Origin: Azolla caroliniana
Lineage: Eukaryota > Plantae > Polypodiophyta
Reading direction: 5' to 3'
Length of the DNA: 64,000 bases
Assembly: GCA_043228905.1 (NCBI GenBank)
Contig: JBHGNT010000011.1
Location: forward strand, 2,356,001 to 2,420,000
Part shown: piece after piece, positions 39,078-49,354 of the stretch
How positions within the stretch are numbered: the stretch's first letter is position 1
How the letters are laid out: each line of letters starts with the position of its first letter
Notes under the pieces: generated by a model
Told to the model about the DNA's origin: nothing
Database searches by the model: none
The model's input: only the letters and a program-made list of their open reading frames with translations
Translations under genes and position numbers: made by a program

Positions 39078-39116
<39 letters not shown>

Positions 39117-42100
39117 AGCATAGATAAAAGATAGAGACAATGTATGATTCAAGAAAGAAGATTGAGACAAAGTATGATTCTAGAAAGAAGATTGAGACAA
39201 AGTATGAATCAAGGAACAAGAGTATATGATATAAACATGATGTATATTAAAAATATAATATTTTACCAACTTTACAATCCTTGATCGTAAGATGAATCTT
39301 TTGAATACCGACCCTTGATTTGAACCCACGACCTCAACTTCCAAACAAGAGGTTCTCCACCCAATGAGCTAGTCTTCTCTACTTGATTGTTTTATTTTTT
39401 CACTCTCTCTTGATTGATCCATTACCCTGTTTTCCCTTGCCCCTCTTTATATAAGTGTTGCCATGCATATGGTAATGTATGGGAGCATGGCATGCATGCA
39501 ATGCATGAGTTACATGTAATGCATGATCGCCATTTGGCGCACATGTATTGCACGTGATGCATGGTAGCCATCATGCTCACTTGAGCTCCCATGTATGAAA
39601 ATAGATATGGGATAAGTATAATGATGAAAATGCATTCTAAAATAACTAACCTACCTTAGTGGTGTATACTTTGTGTTTGGCATACAAGGTTGAGAGTTCA
39701 AGTCTCTCTCTCAATTTTACTTAATACAATATATAGCTTCATTCTTATATCATGAAGCACATTTATTATACACTTTTACAAATAAATAGCCTAGCCTAGT
39801 GGTATGTACATTGTACTTCGTATATAAGGATGTGGGTTCAAGTCTCTCAAATATTATTAAATACAATATTTAAGCTCATTCTTATATCGTGAAGCACATT
39901 CTTCACGACACCGTGTCAGGTCACATGCCTTTCCCGAATCTCGGCGAAGCTTTGCGTTTCTATCCAGAGGGGTCGAGATGGGCTTACAGTTGGCCATCCC
40001 GAACTTGAAGAGCATATCCAGCGCGTAATGACGTTGGCTGATCAATATGCCTTCGGGGGCGTGGATCACTTCGATACCGTGGAAGTAATGAAGGTCTCAA
40101 AGATCCTTCATTTTGAATGATGCGGCAAGCTGAGACTTTACACGGTGGATTTCATCCAAGTCGGCACCAACGATGACTAAATCATCAACATAAAGTAGAA
40201 GGCTAACCGGTCCATATTGACCTTGCCGAACAAATATTGAAGAGTCCAATTTCGACGTCGTAAACCCCTTCCTACGCAACTGTTGCGTAATCTTCGCGTT
40301 CTAGGCTCGCATGGCTTGCTTAAGTCCATAGAGTGACTTCTTCAGTCGGCAAACTGCCGAAGTGTTTCGTTCGGATAGAAATCCGGGGGGTTGTACCATG
40401 TACACCTGTTCCTCAAGATCACCTTGTAGGAACGCGTTCTTTACATCCATCTGATGTAAGTGCCACCCCTTTGCCGCAACTACGGCTAGCAGAACACGCA
40501 CGGTAGTCATCTTCGCAACCGGCACGAAGGTCTCATCGTAATCTACGTCGTGCTTCTGCGTGTAGCCTTTCGCAACTAAACGGGCCTTGTATCGATTGAT
40601 TGAGCCATTAGTATTGTATTTCACTTTATACACCCACCTACATCCGATCAGCTTAACACCCTTCAGTGCCTCAACCAGGTCCCAAGTCTCATTATCAATC
40701 AAAGCGTGCATCTCTTCCTCCATCGTGGCATGCCAGTTTGTGTCTTCCCCTGCTTCTGCATAGCTCTCGGGCTCACGCACTTCCGCCACTCGTGTCATGT
40801 ACGCGTAATGTAAGCATTGCCCTGGCCGCTTCTTCGATTGTCCGATTCTTCCGCTCGGCCACGCCGTTTTGCTACAGCGTGTATCTACACAAGAATTCGC
40901 GTCGAATTCCCTCCTTCTGTAGATAACTTGTGAACTGGTCGGAGAAATACTCCTTCCCACCATCGGACCATAGGCATTTGATCTTACGCCTTGTTTCCCT
41001 TTCCGCAAGGCTCTTCACCTTCAGGAAACATGCGAAGACTTCACTCTTCTTCGCGATCGTGCATACCCACGTGTGCCGAGTGAAGTCGTCGATGAAGGTT
41101 ACAAAGTAACGGCTTCCAATGAGACTCACGTTCTGTGCCGGACCCCACACATCCGAATGGATCAAATTCAACGAATTTCGACTATGATTACGCTCATTAG
41201 GGAATGGAAGTCGGTGTTGTTTTCCCACCTGGCAAGCTTCGCAGACTTGGCCATTCCAGCCTTGAAATTTCGGCAAGCCGAACACAATGTTCTTCGTCTG
41301 CATTTCATGAAGCCGCGGGAAGTTAATATGGCCGAACTGCTTATGCCACAGGTCGATGTCTGACTCGACCTTCTACCCTTTCGCAAACATAGTGGTGCCC
41401 ACATTGTTGGTTTCGAGGATAAACATCCTCCCTTCATGGCGCCCTTGTGCGATTACTTTGCCCTCCTCTTCTATGAAGCACCCTAGATGCGTGAATCGAA
41501 CCTGCATCCCTTGGTCGATGATCTGTCCGACCGACACCAGGTTCTTCGTTATTGTCGGGACGTGTAGCACATTCAAGAGTTTCCCTTTCTGCCCGACATG
41601 GATGAGGGGAACTTCACCAACATGTTCGATGGTATGCGGGGTGTCATCTCCCATTTCGACTACCCCTTGCTTTTCCGGCTTCTCCAAGTACGAGAACCAT
41701 TCCTCGTGACTCATCATATGATTTGACACTCTGGAATCAACGTACCACACCTCGCTCAATTTCGAGGTGTTCACGGTCATTGAATTGGCCTTGTGCTTCA
41801 TTACGAAGGTAGGGCCCGATCCATTTCCGGCTCATTCGGAGTCCTCGGCGTAGTGCGACTTTTGATGCCTTCCTCCGTCTCTCCCGTTTGGTCCAGCTTT
41901 GTCCGAATCAGCTTGTTTCTTCTAGCACTCGCTCTCCCTGTGGCCTTTCTTCCCATAGTACCAGCATTTCATTGTGGCCTTATCTTGCCGGCTTCTAGCG
42001 CCGCTATGACTCCCCTTGCTTCCAGAGGGTTCAGAATTGCTTCTGACATTTCGATTATGCCGTCCATTCAGCTCTTTGCGGCCACCTCCATTATGTGCCG

Positions 42101-43286
42101 ATCCGCTTCGTCCACCACGACCACGGGGCCTATCTTCCTCCGCGTATAACATCTTACCATTGGCGTGCGTACTCGTCGACACACCTGCGTGGTTTTCCTC
42201 CACAAGCAACATTGACTGAACCTCGAAGAACGAAGGCGTATTCTCCCTCGTACTGACCACCGTTCGGAATGCTCCGAACTTGGATGCTAGCCCACCAAGG
42301 CAAAGTTGCACCATCTCGTCCTCCTGGACGTTCACGTTGACTGAAGCAAGTGAGTCACAAATTTCCTTTATTCGGGCGATATAATCGGCCACAGACAGAT
42401 CTTTCTGTTGGACATTGTTGAGCTTTTGTTTGAGCTGCAGCTTCGTGGTCGTTGTGCTTGCGGCGAAAATCCTTTTGAGATTCGCCCACGCGTCCTTCGG
42501 CGTCTTGGCATCCCGAATATAGCTCAATAGCTGGTCGCTCACATAGGATGCAAAGCAATAGAGAACTCTGCTTGCTGTTTGTTCCCAAGCCGAAAAATCC
42601 CTGTATGTTGATTCGAGTGTTGTATCATTAGCTCCTTCAACATAACTCCAGTAGCCATGAACAAGCAGGTACTGGTGCATCATGTACGATCAAGATGCAT
42701 AGTTGCTCCTGTCGAACTTCTCAGTCGGTAGCAAGCTTCCCATTCCTCTATCCATGTTGTTGTCTTATCTTTTCCGAAAGCCAAGAATACCAACTCAACT
42801 ATGTCTCTATCACAAGCTTTTCTGTCGAATGCGGAGGAATTCAACCCTCGCGCTCTGATACCATGTAAAAGAATACGTGTGTGGAAGCGTATGCAAAACA
42901 CAGAGTGCACAGTTCAGAGAATGACAGTTTGGTAAAACATAGAAAACACAGAGATGGAGAGGGAGAGGGAGAGACAGAGACAGAGAGAGCAGGCAACTTA
43001 GTTCTATTTCAAAATAATGACACTCTATACATATTTCGTGCTCAGTGAGCAATTTTTAAACAAGCCCTGACTATCAGGCTGACACAAGTACTGACAATAC
43101 TTGACTGCTCATAAATGAGCCTACTACACTAACTCCCAAAATTATTCCTTTCGAGGAATACCATACTAACGGCCTTTCGGTTTACACACCAATACGGCCA
43201 TGTTATGCGTATTGTTTTACGCACCCAGTCTACGCATTGGCTTACACACAGTGTTATGCACCCAATGTTAAGCTTGTCACTCAACA
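38929..43286 (-). mobile_element. 3'-truncated Ale-like copia (element A2) with its 5' LTR
   Basis: LTR 42864-43286; PBS iMet at 42852-42863; gag 41922-42683; PR WYVDSRVSNH; INT with a deletion near 40820; RT 40097-40800; interrupted by the solo LTR at 38941-39910. Confidence 0.88.
38941..39910 (-). mobile_element. Solo LTR related to the Gypsy at 46072-62245
   Basis: Starts TGTCGTGAAG on -, the same 10 nt as 46072. 4-bp TSD CCGT (38937-38940 / 39911-39914); removal restores the host frame CDLTRFRQ. Confidence 0.9.
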
Positions 43287-44331
43287 ATCCGGTTGTCGGC
43301 CAACATCCGGTTTTCAACCGGGTAGGTCCTTCTGTCCTCAAACCGGTTTTCATTGGATGATCAAGAGTTCATCACCTTCTTCTTCGACTCCCAGTCGGCA
43401 ATGGTCCTATCTTCCATGAAGACTATATCCCAACTCCTGAACACCTTATTGTCGACCAGATCCCACACCCGGTAATCAAACTCATCATCGTCATATCCAA
43501 GGAATATGCATGGCCGGAACTTCGGATCCAGCTTTGCTCTGTTGTCCTTCGCCACATGCACGTATGCGAGACACCCAAACACCTTCAGATGCCGTTAAGA
43601 TACATCTTTACCGGTCCATACTTTCTGAGGGTGATATGTTTATCACGTAGGTCACCGTCGTCAGTGCCTCAGTCCAAAACGTCTTGGGTAACTTGGCATG
43701 TGCGAGCATGCTCCGGACTCTCTCCATTATGGTCCGGTTCATCCTTTCGGTCAACCCGTTTAGTTCTGGCGTCTTCGGCATAGTAAATTCGAGCCAGATT
43801 CCCTTTGACTGGCAGTACTCCTCGAACTACCCCCGGTATTCTCGTCCGTTATTTGCTCGAACTGCCTTCAGCTTCTGGCTGGTTTCTCTTTCCACTCTCG
43901 CGTGGAGCTCCTTGAAGAAGAATAACACTTGATCCTTCATCTTCAATGGTAAGACCCAAAACTTTTGGCTATGGTCATCTATGAACATCACGAAGTATTG
44001 CGATCCGGCATGTGACTTCGTGTCCACTTGACACACATTGGTATGCACCAGCTCTAGTCGTGCATTCTGTCTCATCAGTGATCTTGACCAGAAGGAGGTT
44101 CGGTTTTGCTTGCTGGCCAAGCAATCGGTGCACTTCTCAAGTTGCACTTCCTTCACCTGAATGAGATTGTCTTCGGCAAGTCTCTTCATCCCCTTCTCAC
44201 TCATGTGACACAATCTCTTGTCCCACAGCTCACCGGTTCGGCCTAGCGTTGCCCAACGTGACAATTAGCGTCTCCCAACTATCCGGGAGGGAACCGAGCA
44301 GGAGTAATGCAAGTACCTCATCGGCGAGAGG
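43287..44331 (-). mobile_element. Internally deleted Tork-type remnant (gag fragment joined to integrase)
   Basis: ADEVLALLLLGSLPDSWETL at ~44260-44330 is joined directly to GELWDKRLCHMSEKG and integrase (VHTNVC, RANNGREY, CIFLGY). Confidence 0.85.
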
Positions 44332-44446
44332 TGACAGGAATACACGCTCCCGATGAACAACGCTCGACCACAACCGAGCCAAGGATCAAAAACAGAAAAC
44401 ATGTAATGAATTCACGACACAGTGAAGAGAAGAGTACACAGGATGT
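44332..44446 (-). mobile_element. U5 end of another Tork LTR, inserted into the gag remnant and itself interrupted by T4
   Basis: Begins TGACAGGAA exactly where the gag sequence stops. Shares CCACAACCGAG and GAGAAGAGTACACAGGATGT with the Tork LTRs. Confidence 0.7.
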
Positions 44447-46235
44447 TGACGGGAACCGCACGCTCCCTATACGCAACGCCCGGCCACAACCGAGCTTAGA
44501 ATCATACACAAAAAATGGGAAATAATGAACGACACGAAGAAGAGACGAGTACGTAGGATGTTTACGTGGAAAAAACCCAAACTAAGGGAAAAAACCACGG
44601 CAGCCCACAGGCTGCAAACTATCACTATGTTAGAATGTACAACAGTGAGTTCACGGAGGCAACGACCTCGTGCTACCGATCCTCGCCACAGGCGGCGGTT
44701 ACAACAGAGGCAACGACCTCTTTCTCTCTGTACACAGTTACGCGCTCTCTCTCTCCTTGCACCAACAAGAATGACAACCACCAAAAGTTTGCCCTAAGTC
44801 ATATTTATACTAATATGACTTTTCGGCTATTTACAAATATAGCCATGATGGGCTCTCAGAAACATATTTACGAATATGTCTCTTCATCCGGTCTTGACCG
44901 GGTCTGCACCATTCGGCTCTCCGTAGCCGGGTACTCCTCATCCGGTTCTCACCGGGTCTGCACCATCTGGCTCTCCGTAGCCGGGTACTCCTCATCCGGT
45001 TCTCACCGGGTTTGCACCATCCGGCTCTCCGTAGACGGGTACTCCTCATCCGGTCTTGACCGGGCCGGCACCATCCGGCTCTCCGTAGCCGGGTACTCCT
45101 CATCCGGTCTTGACCGGGCTTGCACCATCCGGCTCTCCGTAGCCGGGTACTCCTCATCCGGTCTTGACCAGGTCTGCACCATCCAGCTCTTCGTAGCCGG
45201 GTACTCCTCATACAGTTTCAATGGACTCTCAGAAGCATATTTACGAATATTTCCCTTCGTCCGGTGAGCACTTCTCACCGGGCCTTCACCATCCGACTCT
45301 TGCCGGGTACTCGTCATCCGGTTCTCACTGGGCCTTCCTTGCTGGGTACTCCACATCCGGTTCTCACCGGGTCTTCCGTTGCCAGGTACTTGTCATCCGG
45401 TTCTCACCGGTTCTTTCGTTGCCGGGTACTCGTCATCCGGTTCTCACCGGGTCTTCCGTTGTCGGGTACTCCACATCCGGTTCTCACTGGGTCTTCCGTT
45501 GCCGGGTACTCCATATCCGGTTTCTCACTATTCTTCTCACTTCCCATCCGGAGGAACCTGTTTCCTAACAAACTCCCCCTTCACTCCAGCATGGGATGTC
45601 TTACTAGTCCGATCCGCTTCCGACATGCATCCAGCTTGTCAGGTATCAGTGCTTTGGTCAGCATATCTGACCCGTTCTCGGCCGTGTGGATCTTCATTAG
45701 TGCGAACTCTCGATCTTCTACTCACTCTCGGATCCAGTGATACCTACGCTGGATGTGCTTTGTCCTGGAGTGGTACGCTGCGTTCTTAGCAAGGTGGATG
45801 GCACTTTGACTGTCGCAATAGAGCCGGTATTCATCTTGTCGGATATCGAGCTCTCCGATGAAGTCCTTCATCCATAGTATTTCCTTGCTGGCTTCCACAG
45901 CCGCCATGTACTCCGCTTCCGTGGTTGACAACGCAACCGTCTTCTACAGCCTCGACTGCCACGAAACAGCTCCCCCTGCATATGTCATTACATACCCGGA
46001 TGTAGACCGGCTGGTATCCACATCAGCCGACATGTTCGAATCGGTAAAACTGTCAAGTTGAGGTTTATCGGTGTCGTGAAGTATGAAAGCTTCACATTAA
46101 AAGTCTACAATAAGATAAATACGTAACTAAAATAACATTTGATAATGTTTTATAACAACACATATGATAATATTATATATATGTAAAGAAAAATAATATA
46201 TATATATATAGATAAATATATTATATTACACGAAC

Positions 46236-46822
46236 AAGAGAGGACTTGAACCAATAACCCCACCCTATGACTCTCAAATCTTACCATTTACTCTATACTA
46301 GTAATATACATAAAATAAAGCATACTTTATATATACTTTATATTACATAAAGGATTTGCTTCATGATATAAAAATAAAGTTGTATGTTGTAGTATTTTGA
46401 GACTCGAACCAACAACCTCATACACCAAAGTCAACACACCTACCATTAAGCTAGGCCCTTTCTCTTTAAGATTATATTTTCATGTTTATTGTTATTGCAT
46501 ATATTGTTTCATACATAAAAGCTCAAATGAGCGAGATGTTTATCATGCATCACATGTAATGCATGAACGCCAAATGGCGATCATGCATCACATGCATGTC
46601 TTGTACCCTCCAATGCATCATATGCATGGGGGCACCTATTTAAAGGGTGAAAGAGGAGATCAAAGGGAGATATGTATGAGATATCAATCAAATTATGTAT
46701 TTCATAAGAGATACCATAAAAATAGAGAAAGAAGGGAAGAAGTTTAACATAAACGTGGAGCTCTAGCTTGGCGGTCGTGGTGGTCAACTCTCAACAAGAG
46801 GGAGGCGGTTCGAGCCTTATCT
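46236..46822. promoter_or_regulatory. Three tRNA-like A/B-box modules flanking an RY-rich TATA core in the G1 LTR (repeated at about +15075 in the 3' LTR)
   Basis: On -: A 46284-46295 / B 46242-46252 and A 46443-46453 / B 46400-46410. On +: A 46764-46774 / B 46807-46817. TATTTAAA at 46637-46644. Confidence 0.7.
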
Positions 46823-47237
46823 TCATCAAAATATTGAAGTGAAGATTATAGTGGTCTACGATCAAGAAAGAGAAGAGCGATTACCTTGCAAGACAAAGTT
46901 CGGAGGATCAACGACGTGTACAATCATTTTGTAACTCTTTCATGAAAATGATTATAAATTTCATACACTTTCTCATATATTATTTTATATCTTATCTTGT
47001 CTTATCTTATATTCCTTAAAAATCCTAATTTGTCATATCTTATTGATCTCTATTCACTCCATCTCTACTCTTTCGTCTCTTCTGTCCATAATCCCAGTGA
47101 TTCTTTCCTCACTTTCACGTTATCCTTTGTGTGCGCAACGCTACGCTTCTAGGCGAGCCACGTCACGACACAATTTCATGAACCCGACGTGAAACGGGGA
47201 AGTAGAAGAGACATCTAAAGTAAAGATCAACATCAAC

Positions 47238-48773
47238 ATGGCAAGTACGAGTACAATGGATCCGGTAATGTTGTTTATTGGAAAGTTGAATCAAGATCGA
47301 TTATTTCATGCCTTACGAGAAGTCCGACAGAAGATTGGTATGTTTGATGGCACAAATATTTCGAAGTATGTGAATATATATTATGATGAAATGGAAATGT
47401 TTGGTATAAATGATGTCAATAATGAAATACACGCATTGCATAGTTTGGATTGGAATGCATTCAAAGAAGCACTTGTGTCTGAATATGCTCGTGAGGATTT
47501 CTCTCGAGTTACTATGCGTTCATTTCATGAATGGATCTTAAAAGAAGATAAAGGGTTATCTGTGGCTGACACAAAAAAAGAGTTTGATCGGATGTATGGA
47601 CACTTAAAGCCAGAAGAAAGAAATTCTTTGTCTTGGCAAAAGGTTGCTTTATTTTTGCAGGCAGTTGACAAGAGATATAGAAAAGAATTGGAATTCATGC
47701 TTGAAGTACCAAATACTGAGGATGGCATAACGACAGATTGGAATGAGGTAACAAATGCTTGTAATAAATTTATGAAAAGAATGCAAAGGAATGGTGTAAT
47801 GCTACAAATACCACATGTGGGAAACACAAATCGGCTTGAGCAAAACATTGAAGTTCAAAGACTTGGTCGAGAACCATCACACGAAATGGTCCATCAACCA
47901 CGAGAAATGACGGGAACTAAGAGTGAGTTTTTGCTTGATGATTTAGTTCAAAGTATGAAAGATCTAACAATTAAAGTGGCAAAGCTTGAGAATGGTCAGA
48001 CTTCGAGGTCAAGGGAACCATTTCGACCTCGATGCATGTGGTGTGATAGTCTCGAACATCGTCTACGTGATTGTGAAGAATATAAAGACATGGAGAATCG
48101 GGACTTGGTCTATTGGAAAAATGGTAACATTTACTTAACTGAAACTAGTACTCCGCTTACAAAGAACTTTGGTGATGGTGGTGTTAAGGTTAAATTTGAA
48201 GAAGCTGAAGCAAAGAAGGCTTCCGCAATGTATTACTCGGCAACGGCAGGAATGCGCCTCGATGACATGCCATCCCGATCATCATTCTGGGAGAAGGTTG
48301 TAAGTACCACACAAAAGCAAAAGATGAAGATGGAAGACCTTCGTGTTGCCGGAGATTCTGTGAGGAAAAACACTAGATGGGATGTTCCAGTAGATGTTAT
48401 GACAGTCTATGCTCAAATGGCAGAACACCAAGAGCATGAGGTGATAGTGGAAGAAAAAAGGAAAAGATCGGATGATGAGATTGGCTCAACCAAAAAGCAT
48501 GAAACAAGAGAAAGCAAAAGAAAAGAGATGGACGCAAAAGTTGAAAAAGGTAAATCTGGTCCTTCATTCAAATTAATGTCTGATATTGAAAAGGATACAG
48601 ATTTAAAGAAAGTTTTAGAAACAAGAATACTAGACAGTCGAGTAGAATTTACACTAAGAGAAGTGTTAGGTATTGCAAAAAAGGAATTTCATGATGAAAT
48701 AATTGATATTGTGCGAAGAAAGAAGCAAGTAAATGAGCAGGTTAAAGAGACAAATCCGAAGGTGAAGTGGTGA
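47238..48773 (+). CDS. G1 gag
   Basis: 511-aa ORF after the PBS; FDGTNISKY capsid start; CX2CX4HX4C knuckle (CMWCDSLEHRLRDC). Confidence 0.85.
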   Translation: MASTSTMDPVMLFIGKLNQDRLFHALREVRQKIGMFDGTNISKYVNIYYDEMEMFGINDVNNEIHALHSLDWNAFKEALVSEYAREDFSRVTMRSFHEWILKEDKGLSVADTKKEFDRMYGHLKPEERNSLSWQKVALFLQAVDKRYRKELEFMLEVPNTEDGITTDWNEVTNACNKFMKRMQRNGVMLQIPHVGNTNRLEQNIEVQRLGREPSHEMVHQPREMTGTKSEFLLDDLVQSMKDLTIKVAKLENGQTSRSREPFRPRCMWCDSLEHRLRDCEEYKDMENRDLVYWKNGNIYLTETSTPLTKNFGDGGVKVKFEEAEAKKASAMYYSATAGMRLDDMPSRSSFWEKVVSTTQKQKMKMEDLRVAGDSVRKNTRWDVPVDVMTVYAQMAEHQEHEVIVEEKRKRSDDEIGSTKKHETRESKRKEMDAKVEKGKSGPSFKLMSDIEKDTDLKKVLETRILDSRVEFTLREVLGIAKKEFHDEIIDIVRRKKQVNEQVKETNPKVKW

Positions 48774-49354
48774 GCAACGAGTCAAACAATATCGTTGTTG
48801 ACTCTCAACATGCATCAACCTCAATGATAAATTCAACAGATGTAAGAAGCCATTACTCTCGCAAATGTTGGGCAAGAGCCACTACTGAGACTCATGTGAA
48901 GATTGGAAATGTTCCAGACCCCGTGATGGCACTTATTGATCATGGTTCTGAAATAAATATAATGAGTGCTGATTTTTACAGGAAAGGTAGATGGCCAATT
49001 GATACTCAACATGGTTGGCGAGTAAAAGTTGCCACATCAGTCACGGAAGATTTATTTGGTGCATGCCCAAATGTAAAGGTTACTATTGGTGATATAGAGG
49101 TAGATCAACATTTCTTTGTGCAGGAAGGATCTACCTATCCAATAATCCTGGGGCAACCATACATTACAGCGGTACGAATGGAGACCAAAGTCCTCGACAA
49201 TGGTTCTGCCTATGCAAAAATCCGTAGCCAAGATGGACGACGAACTGTACAATTTATGACAGTTCGCCCAAATCATGAGAGGAACAAGCAAGAGCTTCGT
49301 GATCACTCAATACCAAAAGACTATGATGATTTTGATAATCAGGTTTTTGACTAG
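48767..49354 (+). CDS. G1 aspartic protease (probably fused to gag before a 1-nt deletion)
   Basis: ALIDHGSEINIMS and YPIILGQPY motifs; -1 frame relative to gag with no canonical slippery heptamer. Confidence 0.8.
   Translation: MVSNESNNIVVDSQHASTSMINSTDVRSHYSRKCWARATTETHVKIGNVPDPVMALIDHGSEINIMSADFYRKGRWPIDTQHGWRVKVATSVTEDLFGACPNVKVTIGDIEVDQHFFVQEGSTYPIILGQPYITAVRMETKVLDNGSAYAKIRSQDGRRTVQFMTVRPNHERNKQELRDHSIPKDYDDFDNQVFD

Noticed and set aside
46397-46747. 116-aa His/Met-rich ORF, duplicated at 61472
   Set aside because: Translation of the CATGCA cluster in the two LTRs; starts at TTG.
46236-46822. LTR modules as functional tRNA genes
   Set aside because: Only the A/B boxes and their spacing are tRNA-like; acceptor and anticodon stems do not pair consistently.
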